Shown: in pieces, positions 45,301 to 60,300 of the stretch
How positions within the stretch are numbered: position 1 is the first letter of the stretch
Layout: each line of letters begins with the position of its first letter
Assembly: GCF_036588685.1 (NCBI RefSeq)
Contig: NC_086374.1
Coordinates: 20,212,001 to 20,276,000, forward strand
Direction of reading: 5' to 3'
From: Mytilus trossulus
Taxonomy: Eukaryota
Length of the DNA: 64,000 nucleotides
Notes under the pieces: generated by a model
Seen by the model: the letters and a program-made list of their open reading frames with translations, nothing else
Database searches by the model: none
Told to the model about the DNA's origin: nothing
Program-made: the position numbers and the translations under genes

Positions 45301-48300
45301 AGAGTCATTAATGTTTAATATTTTACAAGGATATTTTTGAAAGAATTTAAAGTTGAAACATTTGTAAAATAAAAAGATGTGAAAAAAATTGAAAACGTTT
45401 AAGTTGTCTGCTATACTTGACTTTCAATAATAATTTTTCAGTAACAAGCGGAAAAGTTACAACACCAACTCTAGTGTCAACGACAAGTCCATCTCCTGGA
45501 ATTTCAATTACTTGTAAGTATGATTTTTTCAGTTTTTCTTGTAATATTTGTTTGTTTTATTTTCGCACATTCACATCACAATTGCTGAATTTATTTCGAC
45601 AGTTAACAATTAGCCTGTCAATACAACGGATCAAGCTCCTTAGTGAGTTGATGCCATTGTCTCATCTTTTTGTGCTGTATTCCTTGATTGGATTGTCTTA
45701 ATGGAGTTATACGATTTTAACATAGGTTAACTACTGTTGTTTTGATTTTTTTGAATGAAAATCGAGTTACGTTTTCCTTTTCACAGTGTTTATGTATGAA
45801 TTATAATACTAGTTTGATAATTTTTAACATGCTCAAATGTTTCTTTTGTAGCAATAGCAACAACAACTCCCATTTGTGAAGAAACGGATGGAATGGATTC
45901 AATAACAACAATACCTTCAACTGAAATTACAACAAATGACAAGAAAGGAGAAATTGAAAATCTCCGACCTTCCTCTAAGACACCATTTAAAAGTTCTGAA
46001 GAAAAACTGGTTATAGAATACGTGCCTACGAAGACAAGACCAATAGCCAATGTTGAACTGGTTTCTACTGATAATGTCAAGACTTATACAGTGCAATTCT
46101 TTAATGCAGATGGAACCGTGACAACAAAAAAGGTTATTATGACTCCTAGAAATCAATAGGATTAACGGTTTCAAGTTTACTATTTCGTCATCAAAAACAA
46201 AATTTAATTGCTGCAAATATGGTCAGTGAAATTTGAATACTTTGCCTTGTGAGTCTGTAAACTTTATTTTTTCTGTTCTGTAGGTGAAAGTTGGCGAAAA
46301 AGCTACAAGTGTTGGAACTAAACCTGACGTAAGAAAAGTGAATGTAATAATCACACCAGATGACAAGGAAGATTCTTACAAACCTGTACAACTACAATTG
46401 AGTGTCCATGCTTGTTTTGAAGTCAGTAAGTAGAGAATATACACAGGTGTTTTAACTGCAGATGTATATCTGTTTAAATAAACCGTCGTATAGTCTATTT
46501 GTCTGTTAAGTGTCTAAGTGAGTTTTGTTAAGATTAGACGTTACGTACAGAAAAAAATTATGATCAATTTGAATACATTGTCGTGGTCGATCCAAAGGAT
46601 TTTTAAAAGTTTCTTGTCTATAATAATTGAATGCTGATCAAGTTTTGATTAATTAATTCTTTTAGTTTCTACGACAATTCCAAGTACAACAACAGTTCCA
46701 CAGACACCTGTTTCAGCAGTTATCACTACAGCCAAGGTTACAGAAACACCTACAGCCACACCCGAAATTACAACTGAAACTATTCAAACATTAAGCGGTA
46801 ATTATTAAAAATAACTTTCATAGTTTTGATGAAATTTTCTGATTAATTTTTAAGCAGCGTAAAGTCATATCTAAGTAAATGATTACTAATCAAAAGGAGA
46901 GTCATTAATGTTTAATATTTTACAAGGATATTTTTGAAAGAATTTAAAGTTGAAACATTTGTAAAATAAAAAGATGCGAAAAAAATTGAAAACGTTTAAG
47001 TTGTCTGCTATACTTGACTTTCAATAATAATTTTTCAGTAACAAGCGGAAAAGTTACAACACCAACTCTAGTGTCAACGACAAGTCCATCTCCTGGAATT
47101 TCAATTACTTGTAAGTATGATTTTTTCAGTTTTTCTTGTAATATTTGTTTGTTTTATTTTCGCACATTCACATCATAATTGCTGAATTTATTTCGACAGT
47201 TAACAATTAGCCTGTCAATACAACGGACCAAGCTCCTTAGTGAGTTGATGCCATTGTCTCATCTTTTTGTGCTCTATTCCTTGATTGGATTGTCTTAATG
47301 GAGTTATACGATTTTAACATAGGTTAACTACTGTTGTTTTGATTTTTTTGAATGAAAATCGAGTTACGTTTTCCTTTTCGTAGTGTTTATGTATGAATTA
47401 TAATACTAGTTTGATAATTTTTAACATGCTCAAATGTTTCTTTTGTAGCAATAGCAACAACAACTCCCATTTGTGAAGAAACGGATGGAATGGATTCAAT
47501 AACAACAATACCTTCAACTGAAATTACAACAAATGACAAGAAAGGAGAAATTGAAAATCTCCGACCTTCCTCTAAGACACCATTTAAAAGTTCTGAAGAA
47601 AAACTGGTTATAGAATACGTGCCTACGAAGACAAGACCAATAGCCAATGTTGAACTGGTTTCTACTGATAATGTCAAGACTTATACAGTGCAATTCTTTA
47701 ATGCAGATGGAACCGTGACAACAAAAAAGGTTATTATGACTCCTAGAAATCAATAGGATTAACGGTTTCAAGTTTACTATTTCGTCATCAAAAACAAAAT
47801 TTAATTGCTGCAAATATGGTCAGTGAAATTTGAATACTTTGCCTTGTGAGTCTGTAAACTTTATTTTTTCTGTTCTGTAGGTGAAAGTTGGCGAAAAAGC
47901 TACAAGTGTTGGAACTAAACCTGACGTAAGAAAAGTGAATGTAATAATCACACCAGATGACAAGGAAGATTCTTACAAACCTGTACAACTACAATTGAGT
48001 GTCCATGCTTGTTTTGAAGTCAGTAAGTAGAGAATATACACAGGTGTTTTAACTGCAGATGTATATCTGTTTAAATAAACCGTCGTATAGTCTATTTGTC
48101 TGTTAAGTGTCTAAGTGAGTTTTGTTAAGATTAGACGTTACGTACAGAAAAAAATTATGATCAATTTGAATACATTGTCGTGGTCGATCCAAAGGATTTT
48201 TAAAAGTTTCTTGTCTATAATAATTGAATGCTGATCAAGTTTTGTTTAATTAATTCTTTTAGTTTCTACGACAATTCCAAGTACAACAACAGTTCCACAG

Positions 48301-51300
48301 ACACCTGTTTCAGCAGTTATCACTACAGCCAAGGTTACAGAAACACCTACAGCCACACCCGAAATTACAACTGAAACTATTCAAACATTAAGCGGTAATT
48401 ATTAAAAATAACTTTCATAGTTTTGATGAAATTTTCTGATTAATTTTTAAGCAGCGTAAAGTCATATCTAAGTAAATGATTACTAATCAAAAGGAGAGTC
48501 ATTAATGTTTAATATTTTACAAGGATATTGGTGAAAGAAATTTAAAGTTGAAACATTTGTAAAATAAAAAGATGCGAAAAAAATTGAAAACGTTTAAGTT
48601 GTCTGCTATACTTGACTTTCAATAATAATTTTTCAGTAACAAGCGGAAAAGTTACAACACCAACTCTAGTGTCAACGACAAGTCCATCTCCTGGAATTTC
48701 AATTACTTGTAAGTATGATTTTTTCAGTTTTTCTTGTAATATTTGTTTGTTTTATTTTCGCACATTCACATCATAATTGCTGAATTTATTTCGACAGTTA
48801 ACAATTAGCCTGTCAATACAACGGACCAAGCTCCTTAGTGAGTTGATGCCATTGTCTCATCTTTTTGTGCTCTATTCCTTGATTGGATTGTCTTAATGGA
48901 GTTATACGATTTTAACATAGGTTAACTACTGTTGTTTTGATTTTTTTGAATGAAAATCGAGTTACGTTTTCCTTTTCACAGTGTTTATGTATGAATTATA
49001 ATACTAGTTTGATAATTTTTAACATGCTCAAATGTTTCTTTTGTAGCAATAGCAACAACAACTCCCATTTGTGAAGAAACGGATGGAATGGATTCAATAA
49101 CAACAATACCTTCAACTGAAATTACAACAAATGACAAGAAAGGAGAAATTGAAAATCTCCGACCTTCCTCTAAGACACCATTTAAAAGTTCTGAAGAAAA
49201 ACTGGTTATAGAATACGTGCCTACGAAGACAAGACCAATAGCCAATGTTGAACTGGTTTCTACTGATAATGTCAAGACTTATACAGTGCAATTCTTTAAT
49301 GCAGATGGAACCGTGACAACAAAAAAGGTTATTATGACTCCTAGAAATCAATAGGATTAACGGTTTCAAGTTTACTATTTCGTCATCAAAAACAAAATTT
49401 AATTGCTGCAAATATGGTCAGTGAAATTTGAATACTTTGCCTTGTGAGTCTGTAAACTTTATTTTTTCTGTTCTGTAGGTGAAAGTTGGCGAAAAAGCTA
49501 CAAGTGTTGGAACTAAACCTGACGTAAGAAAAGTGAATGTAATAATCACACCAGATGACAAGGAAGATTCTTACAAACCTGTACAACTACAATTGAGTGT
49601 TCATGCTTGTTTTGAAGTCAGTAAGTAGAGAATATACACAGGTGTTTTAACTGCAGATGTATATCTGTTTAAATAAACCGTCGTATAGTCTATTTGTCTG
49701 TTAAGTATCTAAGTGAGTTTTGTTAAGATTAGACGTTACGTACAGAAAAAAAATTATGATCAATTTGAATACATTGTCGTGGTCGATCCAAAGGATTTTT
49801 AAAAGTTTCTTGTCTATAATAATTGAATGCTGATCAAGTTTTGTTTAATTAATTCTTTTAGTTTCTACGACAATTCCAAGTACAACAACAGTTCCACAGA
49901 CACCTGTTTCAGCAGTTATCACTACAGCCAAGGTTACAGAAACACATACAGCCACACCCGAAATTACAACTGAAACTATTCAAACATTAAGCGGTAATTA
50001 TTAAAAAAAACTTTCATAGTTTTGATGAAATTTTCTGATTAATTTTTAAGCAGCGTAAAGTCATATCTAAGTAAATGATTACTAATCAAAAGGAGAGTCA
50101 TTAATGTTTAATATTTTACAAGGATATTTTTGAAAGAATTTAAAGTTGAAACATTTGTAAAATAAAAAGATGCGAAAAAAATTGAAAACGTTTAAGTTGT
50201 CTGCTATACTTGACTTTCAATAATAATTTTTCAGTAACAAGCGGAAAAGTTACAACACCAACTCTAGTGTCAACGACAAGTCCATCTCCTGGAATTTCAA
50301 TTACTTGTAAGTATGATTTTTTCAGTTTTTCTTGTAATATTTGTTTGTTTTATTTTCGCACATTCACATCATAATTGCTGAATTTATTTCGACAGTTAAC
50401 AATTAGCCTGTCAATACAACGGATCAAGCTCCTTAGTGAGTTGATGCCATTGTCTCATCTTTTTGTGCTGTATTCCTTGATTGGATTGTCTTAATGGAGT
50501 TATACGATTTTAACATAGGTTAACTACTGTTGTTTTGATTTTTTTGAATGAAAATCGAGTTACGTTTTCCTTTTCACAGTGTTTATGTATGAATTATAAT
50601 ACTAGTTTGATAATTTTTAACATGCTCAAATGTTTCTTTTGTAGCAATAGCAACAACAACTCCCATTTGTGAAGAAACGGATGGAATGGATTCAATAACA
50701 ACAATACCTTCAACTGAAATTACAACAAATGACAAGAAAGGAGAAATTGAAAATCTCCGACCTTCCTCTAAGACACCATTTAAAAGTTCTGAAGAAAAAC
50801 TGGTTATAGAATACGTGCCTACGAAGACAAGACCAATAGCCAATGTTGAACTGGTTTCTACTGATAATGTCAAGACTTATACAGTGCAATTCTTTAATGC
50901 AGATGGAACCGTGACAACAAAAAAGGTTATTATGACTCCTAGAAATCAATAGGATTAACGGTTTCAAGTTTACTATTTCGTCATCAAAAACAAAATTTAA
51001 TTGCTGCAAATATGGTCAGTGAAATTTGAATACTTTGCCTTGTGAGTCTGTAAACTTTATTTTTTCTGTTCTGTAGGTGAAAGTTGGCGAAAAAGCTACA
51101 AGTGTTGGAACTAAACCTGACGTAAGAAAAGTGAATGTAATAATCACACCAGATGACAAGGAAGATTCTTACAAACCTGTACAACTACAATTGAGTGTCC
51201 ATGCTTGTTTTGAAGTCAGTAAGTAGAGAATATACACAGGTGTTTTAACTGCAGATGTATATCTGTTTAAATAAACCGTCGTATAGTCTATTTGTCTGTT

Positions 51301-54300
51301 AAGTGTCTAAGTGAGTTTTGTTAAGATTAGACGTTACGTACAGAAAAAAATTATGATCAATTTGAATACATTGTCGTGGTCGATCCAAAGGATTTTTAAA
51401 AGTTTCTTGTCTATAATAATTGAATGCTGATCAAGTTTTGTTTAATTAATTCTTTTAGTTTCTACGACAATTCCAAGTACAACAACAGTTCCACAGACAC
51501 CTGTTTCAGCAGTTATCACTACAGCCAAGGTTACAGAAACACCTACAGCCACACCCGAAATTACAACTGAAACTATTCAAACATTAAGCGGTAATTATTA
51601 AAAATAACTTTCATAGTTTTGATGAAATTTTCTGATTAATTTTTAAGCAGCGTAAAGTCATATCTAAGTAAATGATTACTAATCAAAAGGAGAGTCATTA
51701 ATGTTTAATATTTTACAAGGATATTTTTGAAAGAATTTAAAGTTGAAACATTTGTAAAATAAAAAGATGCGAAAAAAATTGAAAACGTTTAAGTTGTCTG
51801 CTATACTTGACTTTCAATAATAATTTTTCAGTAACAAGCGGAAAAGTTACAACACCAACTCTAGTGTCAACGACAAGTCCATCTCCTGGAATTTCAATTA
51901 CTTGTAAGTATGATTTTTTCAGTTTTTCTTGTAATATTTGTTTGTTTTATTTTCGCACATTCACATCATAATTGCTGAATTTATTTCGACAGTTAACAAT
52001 TAGCCTGTCAATACAACGGACCAAGCTCCTTAGTGAGTTGATGCCATTGTCTCATCTTTTTGTGCTCTATTCCTTGATTGGATTGTCTTAATGGAGTTAT
52101 ACGATTTTAACATAGGTTAACTACTGTTGTTTTGATTTTTTTGAATGAAAATCGAGTTACGTTTTCCTTTTCACAGTGTTTATGTATGAATTATAATACT
52201 AGTTTGATAATTTTTAACATGCTCAAATGTTTCTTTTGTAGCAATAGCAACAACAACTCCCATTTGTGAAGAAACGGATGGAATGGATTCAATAACAACA
52301 ATACCTTCAACTGAAATTACAACAAATGACAAGAAAGGAGAAATTGAAAATCTCCGACCTTCCTCTAAGACACCATTTAAAAGTTCTGAAGAAAAACTGG
52401 TTATAGAATACGTGCCTACGAAGACAAGACCAATAGCCAATGTTGAACTGGTTTCTACTGATAATGTCAAGACTTATACAGTGCAATTCTTTAATGCAGA
52501 TGGAACCGTGACAACAAAAAAGGTTATTATGACTCCTAGAAATCAATAGGATTAACGGTTTCAAGTTTACTATTTCGTCATCAAAAACAAAATTTAATTG
52601 CTGCAAATATGGTCAGTGAAATTTGAATACTTTGCCTTGTGAGTCTGTAAACTTTATTTTTTCTGTTCTGTAGGTGAAAGTTGGCGAAAAAGCTACAAGT
52701 GTTGGAACTAAACCTGACGTAAGAAAAGTGAATGTAATAATCACACCAGATGACAAGGAAGATTCTTACAAACCTGTACAACTACAATTGAGTGTTCATG
52801 CTTGTTTTGAAGTCAGTAAGTAGAGAATATACACAGGTGTTTTAACTGCAGATGTATATCTGTTTAAATAAACCGTCGTATAGTCTATTTGTCTGTTAAG
52901 TATCTAAGTGAGTTTTGTTAAGATTAGACGTTACGTACAGAAAAAAAATTATGATCAATTTGAATACATTGTCGTGGTCGATCCAAAGGATTTTTAAAAG
53001 TTTCTTGTCTATAATAATTGAATGCTGATCAAGTTTTGTTTAATTAATTCTTTTAGTTTCTACGACAATTCCAAGTACAACAACAGTTCCACAGACACCT
53101 GTTTCAGCAGTTATCACTACAGCCAAGGTTACAGAAACACATACAGCCACACCCGAAATTACAACTGAAACTATTCAAACATTAAGCGGTAATTATTAAA
53201 AAAAACTTTCATAGTTTTGATGAAATTTTCTGATTAATTTTTAAGCAGCGTAAAGTCATATCTAAGTAAATGATTACTAATCAAAAGGAGAGTCATTAAT
53301 GTTTAATATTTTACAAGGATATTTTTGAAAGAATTTAAAGTTGAAACATTTGTAAAATAAAAAGATGCGAAAAAAATTGAAAACGTTTAAGTTGTCTGCT
53401 ATACTTGACTTTCAATAATAATTTTTCAGTAACAAGCGGAAAAGTTACAACACCAACTCTAGTGTCAACGACAAGTCCATCTCCTGGAATTTCAATTACT
53501 TGTAAGTATGATTTTTTCAGTTTTTCTTGTAATATTTGTTTGTTTTATTTTCGCACATTCACATCATAATTGCTGAATTTATTTCGACAGTTAACAATTA
53601 GCCTGTCAATACAACGGATCAAGCTCCTTAGTGAGTTGATGCCATTGTCTCATCTTTTTGTGCTGTATTCCTTGATTGGATTGTCTTAATGGAGTTATAC
53701 GATTTTAACATAGGTTAACTACTGTTGTTTTGATTTTTTTGAATGAAAATCGAGTTACGTTTTCCTTTTCACAGTGTTTATGTATGAATTATAATACTAG
53801 TTTGATAATTTTTAACATGCTCAAATGTTTCTTTTGTAGCAATAGCAACAACAACTCCCATTTGTGAAGAAACGGATGGAATGGATTCAATAACAACAAT
53901 ACCTTCAACTGAAATTACAACAAATGACAAGAAAGGAGAAATTGAAAATCTCCGACCTTCCTCTAAGACACCATTTAAAAGTTCTGAAGAAAAACTGGTT
54001 ATAGAATACGTGCCTACGAAGACAAGACCAATAGCCAATGTTGAACTGGTTTCTACTGATAATGTCAAGACTTATACAGTGCAATTCTTTAATGCAGATG
54101 GAACCGTGACAACAAAAAAGGTTATTATGACTCCTAGAAATCAATAGGATTAACGGTTTCAAGTTTACTATTTCGTCATCAAAAACAAAATTTAATTGCT
54201 GCAAATATGGTCAGTGAAATTTGAATACTTTGCCTTGTGAGTCTGTAAACTTTATTTTTTCTGTTCTGTAGGTGAAAGTTGGCGAAAAAGCTACAAGTGT

Positions 54301-57300
54301 TGGAACTAAACCTGACGTTAGAAAAGTGAATGTAATAATCACACCAGATGACAAGGAAGATTCTTACAAACCTGTACAACTACAATTGAGTGTCCATGCT
54401 TGTTTTGAAGTCAGTAAGTAGAGAATATACACAGGTGTTTTAACTGCAGATGTATATCTGTTTAAATAAACCGTCGTATAGTCTATTTGTCTGTTAAGTG
54501 TCTAAGTGAGTTTTGTTAAGATTAGACGTTACGTACAGAAAAAAATTATGATCAATTTGAATACATTGTCGTGGTCGATCCAAAGGATTTTTAAAAGTTT
54601 CTTGTCTATAATAATTGAATGCTGATCAAGTTTTGTTTAATTAATTCTTTTAGTTTCTACGACAATTCCAAGTACAACAACAGTTCCACAGACACCTGTT
54701 TCAGCAGTTATCACTACAGCCAAGATTACAGAAACACCTACAGCCACACCCGAAATTACAACTGAAACTATTCAAACATTAAGCGGTAATTATTAAAAAA
54801 AACTTTCATAGTTTTGATGAAATTTTCTGATTAATTTTTAAGCAGCGTAAAGTCATATCTAAGTAAATGATTACTAATCAAAAGGAGAGTCATTAATGTT
54901 TAATATTTTACAAGGATATTTTTGAAAGAATTTAAAGTTGAAACATTTGTAAAATAAAAAGATGCGAAAAAAATTGAAAACGTTTAAGTTGTCTGCTATA
55001 CTTGACTTTCAATAATAATTTTTCAGTAACAAGCGGAAAAGTTACAACACCAACTCTAGTGTCAACGACAAGTCCATCTCCTGGAATTTCAATTACTTGT
55101 AAGTATGATTTTTTCAGTTTTTCTTGTAACATTTGTTTGTTTTATTTTCGCACATTCACATCATAATTGCTGAATTTATTTCGACAGTTAACAATTAGCC
55201 TGTCAATACAACGGATCAAGCTCCTTAGTGAGTTGATGCCATTGTCTCATCTTTTTGTGCTGTATTCCTTGATTGGATTGTCTTAATGGAGTTATACGAT
55301 TTTAACATAGGTTAACTACTGTTGTTTTGATTTTTTTGAATGAAAATCGAGTTACGTTTTCCTTTTCACAGTGTTTATGTATGAATTATAATACTAGTTT
55401 GATAATTTTTAACATGCTCAAATGTTTCTTTTCTAGCAATAGCAACAACAACTCCCATTTGTGAAGAAACGGATGGAATGGATTCAATAACAACAATACC
55501 TTCAACTGAAATTACAACAAATGACAAGAAAGGAGAAATTGAAAATCTCCGACCTTCCTCTAAGACACCATTTAAAAGTTCTGAAGAAAAACTGGTTATA
55601 GAATACGTGCCTACGAAGACAAGACCAATAGCCAATGTTGAACTGGTTTCTACTGATAATGTCAAGACTTATACAGTGCAATTCTTTAATGCAGATGGAA
55701 CCGTGACAACAAAAAAGGTTATTATGACTCCTAGAAATCAATAGGATTAACGGTTTCAAGTTTACTATTTCGTCATCAAAAACAAAATTTAATTGCTGCA
55801 AATATGGTCAGTGAAATTTGAATACTTTGCCTTGTGAGTCTGTAAACTTTATTTTTTCTGTTCTGTAGGTGAAAGTTGGCGAAAAAGCTACAAGTGTTGG
55901 AACTAAACCTGACGTTAGAAAAGTGAATGTAATAATCACACCAGATGACAAGGAAGATTCTTACAAACCTGTACAACTACAATTGAGTGTCCATGCTTGT
56001 TTTGAAGTCAGTAAGTAGAGAATATACACAGGTGTTTTAACTGCAGATGTATATCTGTTTAAATAAACCGTCGTATAGTCTATTTGTCTGTTAAGTGTCT
56101 AAGTGAGTTTTGTTAAGATTAGACGTTACGTACAGAAAAAAATTATGATCAATTTGAATACATTGTCGTGGTCGATCCAAAGGATTTTTAAAAGTTTCTT
56201 GTCTATAATAATTGAATGCTGATCAAGTTTTGTTTAATTAATTCTTTTAGTTTCTACGACAATTCCAAGTACAACAACAGTTCCACAGACACCTGTTTCA
56301 GCAGTTATCACTACAGCCAAGGTTACAGAAACACCTACAGCCACACCCGAAATTACAACTGAAACTATTCAAACATTAAGCGGTAATTATTAAAAAAAAC
56401 TTTCATAGTTTTGATGAAATTTTCTGATTAATTTTTAAGCAGCGTAAAGTCATATCTAAGTAAATGATTACTAATCAAAAGGAGAGTCATTAATGTTTAA
56501 TATTTTACAAGGATATTTTTGAAAGAATTTAAAGTTGAAACATTTGTAAAATAAAAAGATGCGAAAAAAATTGAAAACGTTTAAGTTGTCTGCTATACTT
56601 GACTTTCAATAATAATTTTTCAGTAACAAGCGGAAAAGTTACAACACCAACTCTAGTGTCAACGACAAGTCCATCTCCTGGAATTTCAATTACTTGTAAG
56701 TATGATTTTTTCAGTTTTTCTTGTAATATTTGTTTGTTTTATTTTCGCACATTCACATCATAATTGCTGAATTTATTTCGACAGTTAACAATAAGCCTGT
56801 CAATACAACGGATCAAGCTCCTTAGTGAGTTGATGCCATTGTCTCATCTTTTTGTGCTGTATTCCTTGATTGGATTGTCTTAATGGAGTTATACGATTTT
56901 AACATAGGTTAACTACTGTTGTTTTGATTTTTTTGAATGAAAATCGAGTTACGTTTTCCTTTTCACAGTGTTTATGTATGAATTATAATACTAGTTTGAT
57001 AATTTTTAACATGCTCAAATGTTTCTTTTGTAGCAATAGCAACAACAACTCTCATTTGTGAAGAAACGGATGGAATGGATTCAATAACAACAATACCTTC
57101 AACTGAAATTACAACAAATGACAAGAAAGGAGAAATTGAAAATCTCCGACCTTCCTATAAGACACCATTTAAAAGTTCTGAAGAAAAACTGGTTATAGAA
57201 TACGTGCCTACGAAGACAAGACCAATAGCCAATGTTGAACTGGTTTCTACTGATAATGTCAAGACTTATACAGTGCAATTCTTTAATGCAGATGGAACCG

Positions 57301-60300
57301 TGACAACAAAAAAGGTTATTATGACTCCTAGAAATCGATAGGATTAACGGTTTCAAGTTTACTATTTCGTCATCAAAAACAAAATTTAATTGCTGCAAAT
57401 ATGGTCAGTGAAATTTGAATACTTTGCCTTGTGAGTCTGTAAACTTTATTTTTTCTGTTCTGTAGGTGAAAGTTGGCGAAAAAGCTACAAGTATTGGAAC
57501 TAAACCTGACGTAAGAAAAGTGAATGTAATAATCACACCAGATGACAAGGAAGATTCTTACAAACCTGTACAACTACAATTGAGTGTCCATGCTTGTTTT
57601 GAAGTCAGTAAGTAGAGAATATACACAGGTGTGTTAACTGCAGATGTATATCTGTTTAAATAAACCGTCGTAAAGTCTATTTGTCTGTTAAGTGTCTAAG
57701 TGAGTTTTGTTAAGATTAGACGTTACGTACAGAAAAAAAATATGATCAATTTGAATACATTGTCGTGGTCGATCCAAAGGATTTTTAAAAGTTTCTTGTC
57801 TATAATAATTGAATGCTGATCAAGTTTTGTTTAATTAATTCTTTTAGTTTCTACGACAATTCCAAGTACAACAACAGTTCCACAGACACCTGTTTCAGCA
57901 GTTATCACTACAGCCAAGGTTACAGAAACACCTACAGCCACACCCGAAATTACAACTGAAACTATTCAAACATTAAGCGGTAATTATTAAAAAAAACTTT
58001 CATAGTTTTGATGAAATTTTCTGATTAATTTTTAAGCAGCGTAAAGTCATATCTAAGTAAATGATTACTAATCAAAAGAAGAGTCATTAATGTTTAATAT
58101 TTTACAAGGATATTTTTGAAAGAATTTAAAGTTGAAACATTTGTAAAATAAAAAGATGCGAAAAAAATTGAAAACGTTTAAGTTGTCTGCTATACTTGAC
58201 TTTCAATAATAATTTTTCAGTAACAAGCGGAAAAGTTACAACACCAACTCTAGTGTCAACGACAAGTCCATCTCCTGGAATTTCAATTACTTGTAAGTAT
58301 GATTTTTTCAGTTTTTCTTGTAATATTTGTTTGTTTTATTTTCGCACATTCACATCATAATTGCTGAATTTATTTCGACAGTTAACAATTAGCCTGTCAA
58401 TACAACGGATCAAGCTCCTTAGTGAGTTGATGCCATTGTCTCATCTTTTTGTGCTCTATTCCTTGATTGGATTGTCTTAATGGAGTTATACGATTTTAAC
58501 ATAGGTTAACTACTGTTGTTTTGATTTTTTTGAATGAAAATCGAGTTACGTTTTCCTTTTCACAGTGTTTATGTATGAATTATAATACTAGTTTGATAAT
58601 TTTTAACATGCTCAAATGTTTCTTTTGTAGCAATAGCAACAACAACTCCCATTTGTGAAGAAACGGATGGAATGGATTCAATAACAACAATACCTTCAAC
58701 TGAAATTACAACAAATGACAAGAAAGGAGAAATTGAAAATCTCCGACCTTCCTCTAAGACACCATTTAAAAGTTCTGAAGAAAAACTGGTTATAGAATAC
58801 GTGCCTACGAAGACAAGACCAATAGCCAATGTTGAACTGGTTTCTACTGATAATGTCAAGACTTATACAGTACAATTCTTTAATGCAGATGGAACCGTGA
58901 CAACAAAAAAGGTTATTATGACTCCTAGAAATCAATAGGATTAACGGTTTCAAGTTTACTATTTCGTCATCAAAAACAAAATTTAATTGCTGCAAATATG
59001 GTCAGTGAAATTTGAATACTTTGCCTTGTGAGTCTGTAAACTTTATTTTTTCTGTTCTGTAGGTGAAAGTTGGCGAAAAAGCTACAAGTATTGGAACTAA
59101 ACCTGACGTAAGAAAAGTGAATGTAATAATCACACCAGATGACAAGGAAGATTCTTACAAACCTGTACAACTACAATTGAGTGTCCATGCTTGTTTTGAA
59201 GTCAGTAAGTAGAGAATATACACACGTGTTTTAACTGCAGATGTATATCTGTTTAAATAAACCGTCGTATAGTCTATTTGTCTGTTAAGTGTCTAAGTGA
59301 GTTTTGTTAAGATTAGACGTTACGTACAGAAAAAAAATATGATCAATTTGAATACATTGTCGTGGTCGATCCAAAGGATTTTTAAAAGTTTCTTGTCTAT
59401 AATAATTGAATGCTGATCAAGTTTTGTTTAATTAATTCTTTTAGTTTCTACGACAATTCCAAGTACAACAACAGTTCCACAGACACCTGTTTCAGCAGTT
59501 ATCACTACAGCCAAGGTTACAGAAACACCTACAGCCACACCCGAAATTACAACTGAAACTATTCAAACATTAAGCGGTAATTATTAAAAAAAACTTTCAT
59601 AGTTTTGATGAAATTTTCTGATTAATTTTTAAGCAGCGTAAAGTCATATCTAAGTAAATGATTACTAATCAAAAGGAGAGTCATTAATGTTTAATATTTT
59701 ACAAGGATATTTTTGAAAGAATTTAAAGTTGAAACATTTGTAAAATAAAAAGATGCGAAAAAAATTGAAAACGTTTAAGTTGTCTGCTATACCTGACTTT
59801 CAATAATATTTTTTCAGTAACAAGCGGAAAAGTTACAACACCAACTCTAGTGTCAACGACAAGTCCATCTCCTGGAATTTCAATTACTTGTAAGTATGAT
59901 TTTTTCAGTTTTTCTTGTAATATTTGTTTGTTTTATTTTCGCACATTCACATCATAATTGCTGAATTTATTTCGACAGTTAACAATTAGCCTGTCAATAC
60001 AACGGATCAAGCTCCTTAGTGAGTTGATGCCATTGTCTCATCTTTTTGTGCTGTATTCCTTGTTGGATTGTCTTAATGGAGTTATACGATTTTAACATAG
60101 GTTAACTACTGTTGTTTTGATTTTTTTGAATGAAAATCGAGTTGCGTTTTCCTTTTCACAGTGTTTATGTATGAATTATAATACTTGTTTGATAATTTTT
60201 AACATGCTAAAATGTTTCTTTTGTAGCAATAGCAACAACAACTCCCATTTGTGAAGAAACGGATGGAATGGATTCAATAACAACAATACCTTCAACTGAA

